The notes beneath the pieces are model-generated. The model saw only the letters and a list, made by a program, of their open reading frames with translations, was not told the DNA's origin and ran no database searches. The position numbers and the translations under genes were made by a program. 64,000 bases of DNA from a virus. Positions 26,278 to 34,789 of this stretch are shown here, piece after piece (the stretch's first letter is position 1; each line of letters opens with the position of its first letter). The stretch is from IMG/VR virus record IMGVR_UViG_3300014137_000003; one strand, 5' to 3'.

Positions 26278-26403
26278 ATGAAGTACGCAGTGAAAGCTAA
26301 CAAAATCACAGTGCACGATGAAGATTATGATGAAACTGTGATTTTATCACTTTTCATCATAGTGATTAATTTAATCATGACGATTTTAATGTGTGTGGAC
26401 TAA
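26278..26403 (+). CDS. small hydrophobic protein (41 aa), below the ORF-track cut-off
   Basis: Own translation MKYAVKANKITVHDEDYDETVILSLFIIVINLIMTILMCVD*. AGGAG (26265-26269) lies 8 nt upstream, and the ORF fills the gap between flanking genes. Confidence 0.45.
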   Translation: MKYAVKANKITVHDEDYDETVILSLFIIVINLIMTILMCVD

Positions 26404-26415
26404 AGGAGTTAATGA

Positions 26416-26826
26416 ATGATAAGTAAAAATATTAAATTAGTTAAAGGAGTCCTCGATAGTTTAGTTGAGGACTCTAAGGGCTTGGTAGTCATGGACTTCG
26501 GTTGTGGTCGAGGGGTATTCGCAGAGTACCTAAAAGAGCTCGGTCATAAATATATAGGTGTTGATATTGACAGGGATGCCTTAGAAGGTTTGTCCGAGCG
26601 TGGTTTTACTACATATCATCCCGACAACTTACCTAAAGACTTAGCAGTTGATATTCTCTTGTTAGGTAATATGGGTGGCATTGAAACAGGTATGCACTTA
26701 ATTAATGCTCGTAAGTTACTTACTGACGAGGGTATCGTGTTTATGTGGGACTTCTCCCAGCAAGGTTTGCCGAGAGGTAAATCTCAAAGTACGGTTGCTA
26801 TGTCGGTTGTAGCTAAGGAGGGTTGA
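26416..26826 (+). CDS. small class I SAM-dependent methyltransferase-like protein
   Basis: Motif I VVMDFGCGRGVFAEYL, an acidic loop (IGVDIDRDAL) and LLLGNM (motif IV region). Only 136 aa, and the substrate is unknown. Confidence 0.55.
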   Translation: MISKNIKLVKGVLDSLVEDSKGLVVMDFGCGRGVFAEYLKELGHKYIGVDIDRDALEGLSERGFTTYHPDNLPKDLAVDILLLGNMGGIETGMHLINARKLLTDEGIVFMWDFSQQGLPRGKSQSTVAMSVVAKEG

Positions 26827-26862
26827 TATGTCTAAGAGAGATAAACTTCCTTGGTATAAGCG
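26825..26862 (+). repeat. 38-bp direct repeat, copy 1 (copy 2 at 27078-27115, one mismatch)
   Basis: GATATGTCTAAGAGAGATA(A/G)ACTTCCTTGGTATAAGCG read at both positions. It includes the start codons of two consecutive genes. Confidence 0.9.
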
Positions 26863-27088
26863 GTTATATATGTCTGTAGAGGGTAGCATGGAAGAGTCTT
26901 TTGGTGATTTTGCTCCCTTTTTCACTGCTATGTTCTTTATACTAGGTGCACTAGAGCTCTTTATTATAGCTTCTATTATAGTTTCAATGGTATGGGGTAC
27001 GGTATTTCAATCTAAACCTTTAGTAGACACACTCAAACCTAATATAGTAACTTATATAGAAAATTTTAAGGAGGGAGGATATGTCTAA
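26828..27088 (+). CDS. small membrane protein (86 aa) sharing its N-terminus with the next gene
   Basis: MSKRDKLPWYKRLY followed by one TM helix. The 38-bp 5' repeat is shared with 27081. Confidence 0.6.
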   Translation: MSKRDKLPWYKRLYMSVEGSMEESFGDFAPFFTAMFFILGALELFIIASIIVSMVWGTVFQSKPLVDTLKPNIVTYIENFKEGGYV

Positions 27089-27839
27089 GAGAGATAGACT
27101 TCCTTGGTATAAGCGATATTGGAAGTTTCTACAGAGTAGATTTGGCAGTGTTATTGCATTCTTTATGACGGTAGTAATTTTAGATGTTACTTTTATATTG
27201 CTTGTTATCTTGTGGTGTTTGTTATTCAACATCAGTTTAAAGGATAATATTAAGTCAAAGACTACATATACTGAGTCCTCTACTGTAGTTCCAGTATATA
27301 CTACTTATGATAAGGATAGCAAAGCCTTTCAAAGGGTAGTTACGGATTTAGAGTTTTATAGCACTAAACCAGAGAAAACAGAAGATACTCAAACTACAAA
27401 GGTAAAAACAATGTTTGGGACTGTTAGTTCTGAGGATACAACTTCATTGATAGACGGTAAGGACGCTGAATCTTTGTACTATCATAAAGGTACGAGTTTC
27501 AACCCATTAGATATGGTTGATTCTTTCTTTGGGAAGCTAAGCGAGAGTGTGGGTACTCTTATCCTTTACAACAAGTCAGAAAAAACTTACACTACTCATA
27601 CTGTGAGAGGAATTAAGTTTTCTCGTAACTCATCTAAGAATTCTGTAGTAGTCCACTACTCTAGAGACTACTCAGATTACCAAGGAGCTCCTAAACCTGT
27701 GTATTCTTATAGTCCTACGGTAAAGCTTACGGAATATAAGGATGGTACTTATATGTGGAAGTACAAAGATAATTGGAAGATTGAAAACGAAGATGAAATT
27801 AAGTCTTACATTTCTTCTGCTCCTAAAAAGGAAGACTAG
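27081..27839 (+). CDS. N-terminally anchored membrane protein, paralog of 25032-25685
   Basis: MSKRDRLPWYKRYW followed by a TM helix. The C-terminal domain is similar to 25032. GGAGGGAGG upstream. Confidence 0.65.
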   Translation: MSKRDRLPWYKRYWKFLQSRFGSVIAFFMTVVILDVTFILLVILWCLLFNISLKDNIKSKTTYTESSTVVPVYTTYDKDSKAFQRVVTDLEFYSTKPEKTEDTQTTKVKTMFGTVSSEDTTSLIDGKDAESLYYHKGTSFNPLDMVDSFFGKLSESVGTLILYNKSEKTYTTHTVRGIKFSRNSSKNSVVVHYSRDYSDYQGAPKPVYSYSPTVKLTEYKDGTYMWKYKDNWKIENEDEIKSYISSAPKKED

Positions 27840-27861
27840 TTAAACTTTAGGAGGTTCTAGT

Positions 27862-28545
27862 ATGATTGACCAAAAATACTGCACAGAAGATATACCTATC
27901 TCCTTACAAGATATTGTGCATGCGTATAACACCTCATGTTCTAGGTTCTGTAATTATGCAGGTTATGTTCAGTTCCCTTATATTTTGACTTCTTCAACCC
28001 TATTAGGGGTACTACTAAAGAAGATACTTCTTAAAGTGAATGGTGGTTACGAAGACTCTCACGTTCCTAAGGACTTAGTACAGTCCTTATCTTCCCTAGG
28101 TGTAAGTATAAGAAGTTTTACCGAAGAAGAAATCTCTTTCTTAAAGTTAGATTTTTCTTCCCTTAAACCTGAGTGGTTTGACATTGAAAGTAGAGAAATC
28201 AGAGAAGACGTTGTCGATGGTATCTTTGAGTATTTCCTTAAACTGGCAATACGCTTAGGGGTAGAGGAGCCTAGTTGCTTAGAACAAGGCAAACTTCTTA
28301 GACGAGTTTTCCAAACACCTCAACTTAAGGAGGGTACTTACAGGGCTTTCATTTGGGAGCCAGGCTCCATAATAGTAATACTTCTAACTAAAGATGAGGA
28401 CTCCATTTATGTTGAATCTTCTGAAGCATTTACGAAGATACTCTTAGATGGAGAGTACGATTTCAACATTGGCTTTGACCATAGTGGTGGTATGGAGGCT
28501 GTGGAGCGTATGCTTAGGTGTGGGTGCGAAGAAGTTATCGTGTAA
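27862..28545 (+). CDS. hypothetical protein (227 aa)
   Basis: AGGAGG upstream. No motif. Confidence 0.6.
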   Translation: MIDQKYCTEDIPISLQDIVHAYNTSCSRFCNYAGYVQFPYILTSSTLLGVLLKKILLKVNGGYEDSHVPKDLVQSLSSLGVSIRSFTEEEISFLKLDFSSLKPEWFDIESREIREDVVDGIFEYFLKLAIRLGVEEPSCLEQGKLLRRVFQTPQLKEGTYRAFIWEPGSIIVILLTKDEDSIYVESSEAFTKILLDGEYDFNIGFDHSGGMEAVERMLRCGCEEVIV

Positions 28546-28596
28546 CTCTTTAGTGCAGTCACTAATTACCGAATGTTTTAAATAGAAAGGCTAAAA

Positions 28597-29928
28597 ATGA
28601 CATTTAATCCAAAAAGTAAAATGGACCGAGTCCTAATCGTGGACTTCAATCACATGGCTCACAACTTCTCCTATGGAGGGGTACGGCTAACTAAGCAGAT
28701 GGCAGTAGGTAATACTATTGAAACGGTAGATACAACTATTGCTAACGGTACTATCAAAAACATCTTTAACTGGTCACGTGGTGGTCAGGTTCCTACGGTA
28801 GTTTGTTTTGATAGACCTTGTCCTAGTAGGAAGGCTTACTTCATGACAGAGCAGTCTGAAGGAGTCGACGGTGAGTACAAAGGAAAACGTGAGTCTATGT
28901 CTCAGAGTATGTTTTCGGGTGTTGCTTTAGCTCAGGATTACCTTGAGCGAGGAGGGGTATCTTGCCTAGCCCTACATAACTGGGAGGCAGATGACCTAGT
29001 TTTCCTAGCAATCCAACAAGCTAAACGACAGTACCCTAATCATTACATTGATTTGGTAACTAATGATGCTGACATGTTACCTTTGGTAGACGAGCAGGTA
29101 TCGGTCTTCTTTAGAAGTAAGAAATTTACTTGGGCTACAGATAAGTTCTTAGAAAAGAATCGGTATATGCAGGTAACTCCAGAAAATTACCAAGAAGTTA
29201 TCGAAGGTCTTTCTAGTTTTAAGAACTTATATGTTCCTTACAATAGCTTACTCCTTTATAAGGTATTGCGTGGTGACGTTGCTGATGGTATTGTTTCTCC
29301 GTTCCCTAAGGGTACGATGACACCTAGACGTCTAGCTAGTATTGTATGGCAGTTGGAAAATGGGGTACTCGAAGAAGGTTTCTCATTAGCTTTTAGCGTT
29401 GGTTCTAATATTCCAGTTGGTATCAAAACTACTAAGCCAAAAGCAATTTATCTCTTCGAAGAGTCTGAATATGCCGATTTTATAGAGTCTGCGTTTAGGC
29501 ATAATAGTGATGGTAGTAGGGTAACGTATGATTTATCGAAATTATTTGTTTATACCCCTAACCAGAAGAGTTACCACTTGTTGGATGGTAGTGAGCTAAG
29601 CTTAAAAGAAGCTAAGGCTATCATGGACGATTTTAAATCCCAAGAAGGTTGGGAGAACAAGGAACGTCCTATTGAAATCAGGTATAACGACAACCCATTG
29701 CTAGACAAAATGGTTGAGGCTTTATCTCTTGTAGGCTTAACTGAAGAAGAGTGTGCTACTTTTAGAAAGCAATATAGGGGTATGAACTTAGCACAGGCTT
29801 TCCCTAACTTACCTCAGAATATTAAAAGGCTACCGAAGAAGCTTAATAGTATCAGTGGGTATGACGGAAGGGTGCTTAACTCGGTTGTTAATGTGTTGGG
29901 AATTAACTTAAATTCCCGTTACCTTTAG
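28597..29928 (+). CDS. 5'-3' exonuclease / flap endonuclease-like protein (Pol I N-terminal-domain type) with an extra C-terminal region
   Basis: PIN-like acidic motifs: LIVDFNHMAHNF, WEADDLV, LVTNDADMLPLVDEQVSVF and an H3TH-like LYKVLRGDVADGI. Confidence 0.6.
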   Translation: MTFNPKSKMDRVLIVDFNHMAHNFSYGGVRLTKQMAVGNTIETVDTTIANGTIKNIFNWSRGGQVPTVVCFDRPCPSRKAYFMTEQSEGVDGEYKGKRESMSQSMFSGVALAQDYLERGGVSCLALHNWEADDLVFLAIQQAKRQYPNHYIDLVTNDADMLPLVDEQVSVFFRSKKFTWATDKFLEKNRYMQVTPENYQEVIEGLSSFKNLYVPYNSLLLYKVLRGDVADGIVSPFPKGTMTPRRLASIVWQLENGVLEEGFSLAFSVGSNIPVGIKTTKPKAIYLFEESEYADFIESAFRHNSDGSRVTYDLSKLFVYTPNQKSYHLLDGSELSLKEAKAIMDDFKSQEGWENKERPIEIRYNDNPLLDKMVEALSLVGLTEEECATFRKQYRGMNLAQAFPNLPQNIKRLPKKLNSISGYDGRVLNSVVNVLGINLNSRYL

Positions 29929-29937
29929 GTAAACAAT

Positions 29938-29965
29938 GAGGTCTTATGACCTCTTTTATTTTTGT
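29938..29965 (+). terminator. rho-independent terminator
   Basis: GAGGTC-ttat-GACCTC followed by TTTTATTTTTG. Confidence 0.7.
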
Positions 29966-29995
29966 TTTCCGAATCTATCATCTCTTCTCTTAAAT

Positions 29996-30004
29996 TGTTA
30001 TACT
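29996..30004 (+). promoter_or_regulatory. extended -10 promoter (TGtTATACT) for the adhesin gene
   Basis: Same TGTTATACT nonamer as at 53049-53057; the -35 is weak. Confidence 0.4.
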
Positions 30005-30054
30005 CTTTGTGTATTTCAAAAATACAGTTTTATATCTATATTTTGAGGTGACTT

Positions 30055-33000
30055 ATGAAAGAAATTAAGTTAGTTAGTAAACAAGGTTTCCGTATGTGGA
30101 AATCAGGTAAAATTTGGTTAACTTCTGGTGCCGTTGCAGGTGTGGCAGTAGTAGCCCTTGCAGGAGGTACTGTTAAAGCGGATGAAAATACTGCAGCAAC
30201 AACTTCGGGTGCACCGACAACTGCCGTAACTGCTCCAGCTCCTGCAGCAACAACTGCACCAGCAGCTCCGGTGGCAGCTACTACAACTCCAGCTCCAGCA
30301 GCAACAACTCCAGCTCCAGCAGCAACTGCTGAAACTCCTGCAGCTACAACAACTGCTCCAGCAACTTCAACTGCTCCATCTGAACCTACTGGCGTAGCCG
30401 TAACTGAGGGTTCTATTACAAATGATACTGCCACTGGTTTGGCAGCTAATAACCTTAAGGATGCAGCAGCAGGTCGTTCTGAAGAAGGAAAACAAGCTGA
30501 TTCTAACGCAGGTAAAGTTACTGGTGAAACATCAGTATCTATCGACCACAAAGAAGTAACTGACGCAGCTAAAAAGGCTGAAGGTGTTGGTGTAAAAGTG
30601 GTTCAAGACCCTACATCTGTAGCTCCTACAGCATCAAATGCATCACAAGCTGAAAAATCTAAAGGTTCAATCGTAGCTAAAGAGCATGCAAAAGCAGAAG
30701 AATTGAAATCAACTGCTACTGCACATTCAACTGCAGTGTCTAACTGGACAGCAGAAAAGAATTCTGTAGTTAAAGCAAATGAAGATTTGAATAATGCTCA
30801 CAAATCAGCAGTCGAAGCTTACAACAAATTTGTATCAACTTTAGATGCAGATACTGCAGCAGTAGTTGCAAAACACAAAGATGCTATCATCAAAACTACT
30901 GAAAAAGTACAAAACCTTGCTGACGGTTCTACCGTAGAGGGGTATCAAGCTTACATTAAATCACTCGCTGATCAACAAGCTTTGAACAAACAAGCTATTG
31001 CTGATTACTTGGCTAAAAAGGCAGAATTCGATGCAACTTCTGCTAAAGCTAAAGCAACTGTAGCAGAAAATGCTAGTCTTTCTGCTAGTGTAGTAGCTAA
31101 GAACAACAGCCTTTCTGCAAGTGTTGTAGCTAAAAACAACAGTCTTTCTGCAAGTGCAGTAGCAGAAACTGCTAGTCGTTCTAACTCTGCGAAAGCTGAA
31201 AACGAACGTTTGTCTCTATCAGCACAAAAAGCTACTGATGGTACTAACGCTACTGCATCAAACGCAGCTAAAAAAGTCAATGACGAAGCTAATGCCTACA
31301 ACAAATCTGTTATGGAAGCAGCAGGTCTTCAATGGACTGGTGATTACGCTAAAGATAGTGCCACTGTAGAAGCTTACAACTCTAAGAAATCAAAAGAAGC
31401 TAACTCTTCTGAAGACCCAGTATTTAACGGTGGTTACGACCGTAATCAAGCTCTTCCAGCAGCAGCTAACGGTTACACACCTAGCGGATCTTCAACTATG
31501 TTGAGCAAGGTTGAAGTTGCACCAGGTATTGAAGCCATCGCAACTGGTGACCTTACACAACACGGTGCTAAAGTTCACTTGCGTGGTGATAATGTTAACC
31601 CAGCTAAAATCGTTACAAAAGTAAACTGGGGTAACGTCGAACTTGAAGGTGATAACAAACGTACTTTCGTACCAGGTGACAACAATGACATTTGGGGTAA
31701 CACTTATGGATATGCAAGTGGTGGAGCTAATCGTTTCTACATTGTAAACCAACTTCAATGGTACAAGATTCCTAATGGTGCCACTACAATGGATGGTACA
31801 GTTCATGACCTTTGGGTAATGTTCCACAAAGATGCAACAGGTTTGCACCCAGCTTATCAAACTGGTGAAGTAGCCGTTTGGAACGCAAATGGTGCAGTTA
31901 ACGCCATTGACGGTGGTACAGAACACCTTAGCGACCGCCCAGGGGATGGTATTCGTGCAGTCTACTCTCTAGACACACCTGACAACCATGACCCAGAAGT
32001 TCTTTGGATGGAATTGATTGCTGACATCGACGGTGGTCAAATGATGCAAGATATTGGGGGTATGAAGATCCTCGGTGTCGGTGGTGGTTTCGCTACTGAC
32101 TCTGTAGTTACTAATAACCCTCGTGTAGACGAACAACTTGGTTACGAGTATGGTATCGGACGTAACGATAAGTCTGCATTGAATGGTTACAATTCATCAC
32201 CAGATGGTACTCTCCTTGCAATCGGTTCAGGTCTCTTCACTTATGTAGTTCGTAACACACCAGGTGGTAACAGTACAGGTGTTGCCCGTGCTGACTTCGG
32301 TGGTGATGCAACTACATCAGTAGCACTCGTTAAGAAGTTTAATCCTATCACTCTTAAACCTTTGACTTCTTACAACCCAGGTAAATCTGAGTACACTCCA
32401 GTAACTTTCAAACCTGCTGAGTTTACTCCAGAGAAGTTCACTCCAGAAAACTTCACTCCGAAAGAAGTTCCTAACGTTCCTCAAGCTCCAACATTGAGCT
32501 TGACTAAACTTACTGACCCAGCTAAACCTAAGCTTAAAGAAGTTCCTAAAGAACCTCAAGCTCCAACAGTTCACTACAATTTGACAGCTTTGAATGTTAA
32601 CACACCTGTTGACAAGTCTGTTGAAAATGAAGATGGCGTTGACATCAATGGTCAGTCTGTTGCTAAAGGTTCTGTAAACGTATTTAAACTTTCTCCAAAA
32701 GCTCTTTCAGCTGGTCGTCCTGTTACGGAATCTATCGTAAACAGCGACTACATCGACAATGGTTTGGAAACTCTTGTTGATAAAGTCAAAGAAGACAACA
32801 GCAAGGCTTATGATGTAACTTATGATGCAACAACTCGTTTGTTGACATTCAAAGCTAACGCATCTGAAATTGCTCGTGCGAATGCTGATCGCTCTAAAGA
32901 GTACACACCAACTCCAATCAAAGTTACTTACAAAGTGCTTAACGATGCAGCAATGTATGAAAATACATTCAAGATGGATGTGAACGGTGGTGCTACTACT

Positions 33001-34419
33001 GGTAAGGGGTATACATCATATTCTAACAAAGTTCGTATTTACACACCAGGTAAACCAAACAATCCTAACGACCCACAAAACCCAAATGGTGGGGGTAACC
33101 ATAAGATTCAACCAGTTAAGAACAATACCAACAAAGAAGGTAAAAATATTAACGGTAAGACTCTCCTCCAAAACGACGTAAACTACTACGTTGCAGAGTG
33201 GGATATGGACCAATACATCAATGATAAATCTTCTAAATCAGCTATTGCTGAAGGTTTCGGTTATCTTGATAACCCACAAGACGATGCTTTAGAGGGTATC
33301 GAAAAAGACTTTAAAGCAGTTGATGCTAAAGGTAATGATGTTACTAAAGAGTTGAACTTCTACAAAGCTGACTCAGCTAAGTTGTCTGAATTGCCAGAAG
33401 AAGCTCAAAAACTAATTAAGAAGAGCGGTATTGATGTATCTAACTTCGGTACATTCTACGTTTGGACAGCTAAAGATAACCAAGCATTCTACGACAAGTA
33501 TGTGAAGACTGGTACTGATATCTTCTTCAACTTACCAATGTCTATTAAAAAAGGCTTTACTGGTGACTACACTAACCAAACATGGCAAATTGACTTCGGT
33601 AACGGATACACTGGTAACATTGTTAAAAACGACGTACCAGGTTTGACTCCTAAGAAAGATGTCATCGTAGATGGTAAATCTTCTGACGGAGCAACAGTTG
33701 CTTACGGTCAAGAGTTCCAATACTTGCTTAACGGTGCTATCATCCCAGGAAACCGTGGGGAAGCTCTTTGGGAATACAAATACCTCGATGATTACGATCA
33801 AACAGGTGACAAATTCCTTGGAACATACACTGTGAAAGCTACTACAGATGTTACTGTAGCACACAAAGTTACTCTTACAGAGGATACAACTTACAAAGAA
33901 GATGTTACTCTTGAAGACGGAACTGTTGTAAAAGCAGGTCAAACTGTTCGTAAGGGTTCTGTAGTGAAAGTGAAAGAAGTACTTGCTAAGGGTACTGACT
34001 TGACTAAGTACACTACTATGGAACACAATGCTACAGATGGTATCGTAACTATCGCATTCAAGGAAGACTTCCTTGCATCTATCGTAGATGACAGCAAGTT
34101 CGGTGCTGATGCAGCTCTTGACTTCAAACGTATTGCTTACGGTACTTTTGAAAACACTTACATCAACCGTGTAAACGGGGTAGACTACATCTCTAACACT
34201 GTTAAGACAACTACTCCTAAACCAGAAACACCAAAACCTAACACACCAACTCCTAACACACCAACTCCTAGCACTCCAACTCCAGCTCCAGCGCCAGAGA
34301 AGAAAGTGTTGCCTCATACTGGTGAAGAAAAATCAGCTATGGGTATTGTAGGTGGATTGATGGCTCTCATGTCTCTTGTTGGTATTGGTATGGGTACTAA
34401 ACGTACTAAAGAAGACTAA
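30055..34419 (+). CDS. antigen I/II-family (SpaP/SspB/PrgB-like) LPXTG cell-wall adhesin
   Basis: KxYKxGKxW-type signal (FRMWKSGKIWLTSG). Ala-rich A region with 11-aa repeats (SASVVAKNNSL). A GbpC/V-like globular region and a Pro-rich P region (FTPEKFTPENFTPKEVPNVPQAPT...KEVPKEPQAPT). C-terminal isopeptide-type domains, a PKPxTP wall spacer, and LPHTGE followed by a TM helix and KRTKED. Confidence 0.85.
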   Translation: MKEIKLVSKQGFRMWKSGKIWLTSGAVAGVAVVALAGGTVKADENTAATTSGAPTTAVTAPAPAATTAPAAPVAATTTPAPAATTPAPAATAETPAATTTAPATSTAPSEPTGVAVTEGSITNDTATGLAANNLKDAAAGRSEEGKQADSNAGKVTGETSVSIDHKEVTDAAKKAEGVGVKVVQDPTSVAPTASNASQAEKSKGSIVAKEHAKAEELKSTATAHSTAVSNWTAEKNSVVKANEDLNNAHKSAVEAYNKFVSTLDADTAAVVAKHKDAIIKTTEKVQNLADGSTVEGYQAYIKSLADQQALNKQAIADYLAKKAEFDATSAKAKATVAENASLSASVVAKNNSLSASVVAKNNSLSASAVAETASRSNSAKAENERLSLSAQKATDGTNATASNAAKKVNDEANAYNKSVMEAAGLQWTGDYAKDSATVEAYNSKKSKEANSSEDPVFNGGYDRNQALPAAANGYTPSGSSTMLSKVEVAPGIEAIATGDLTQHGAKVHLRGDNVNPAKIVTKVNWGNVELEGDNKRTFVPGDNNDIWGNTYGYASGGANRFYIVNQLQWYKIPNGATTMDGTVHDLWVMFHKDATGLHPAYQTGEVAVWNANGAVNAIDGGTEHLSDRPGDGIRAVYSLDTPDNHDPEVLWMELIADIDGGQMMQDIGGMKILGVGGGFATDSVVTNNPRVDEQLGYEYGIGRNDKSALNGYNSSPDGTLLAIGSGLFTYVVRNTPGGNSTGVARADFGGDATTSVALVKKFNPITLKPLTSYNPGKSEYTPVTFKPAEFTPEKFTPENFTPKEVPNVPQAPTLSLTKLTDPAKPKLKEVPKEPQAPTVHYNLTALNVNTPVDKSVENEDGVDINGQSVAKGSVNVFKLSPKALSAGRPVTESIVNSDYIDNGLETLVDKVKEDNSKAYDVTYDATTRLLTFKANASEIARANADRSKEYTPTPIKVTYKVLNDAAMYENTFKMDVNGGATTGKGYTSYSNKVRIYTPGKPNNPNDPQNPNGGGNHKIQPVKNNTNKEGKNINGKTLLQNDVNYYVAEWDMDQYINDKSSKSAIAEGFGYLDNPQDDALEGIEKDFKAVDAKGNDVTKELNFYKADSAKLSELPEEAQKLIKKSGIDVSNFGTFYVWTAKDNQAFYDKYVKTGTDIFFNLPMSIKKGFTGDYTNQTWQIDFGNGYTGNIVKNDVPGLTPKKDVIVDGKSSDGATVAYGQEFQYLLNGAIIPGNRGEALWEYKYLDDYDQTGDKFLGTYTVKATTDVTVAHKVTLTEDTTYKEDVTLEDGTVVKAGQTVRKGSVVKVKEVLAKGTDLTKYTTMEHNATDGIVTIAFKEDFLASIVDDSKFGADAALDFKRIAYGTFENTYINRVNGVDYISNTVKTTTPKPETPKPNTPTPNTPTPSTPTPAPAPEKKVLPHTGEEKSAMGIVGGLMALMSLVGIGMGTKRTKED
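31071..31175 (+). repeat. 33-bp in-frame tandem repeats in the adhesin A region
   Basis: Three consecutive copies encoding (A)SLSASVVAKNN / SLSASVVAKNN / SLSASAVAET. Confidence 0.8.
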
Positions 34420-34442
34420 CTAACTTAGTTAATATATTAAGA

Positions 34443-34470
34443 AGCTCGCAGTTACTGTGGGCTTTTTATT
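34443..34470 (+). terminator. rho-independent terminator
   Basis: AGCTCGCAG-tta-CTGTGGGCT stem (two G-U pairs) followed by TTTTTATTT. Confidence 0.65.
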
Positions 34471-34789
34471 TAATTCTTGTACTGTATATGTTATTAAAGG
34501 TTGGGGTAGTTAAATTACTGTGGAAGTAGTTTAAGTCTTTCAACTTGGGAAGTTACTTGGGGTAGCTTATTCCAGACGGGATTTATTTTAGTATCGTTTT
34601 GTTACTATTTTACATTCCTTTGTTTTCTTATATACAGTTACTTTAAATTTTTTAGGGAATTACTTTGTATTTTTTATAAGTTTATAGTAAACTTATATTT
34701 GTAGTTTGGTAGGTGTGTCGTAGGTTTATTACCTATTATATACTTTACCTATTCTTATATTTTATGTTTAACACAAGGAGTTTTATATT

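Noticed and set aside
34452-34523. 9-bp direct repeat TTACTGTGG (34452-34460 and 34515-34523) between the two LPXTG genes as an operator
   Set aside because: One copy is part of the terminator stem. Two 9-mers in a 370-bp AT-rich spacer are weak evidence without conservation data.
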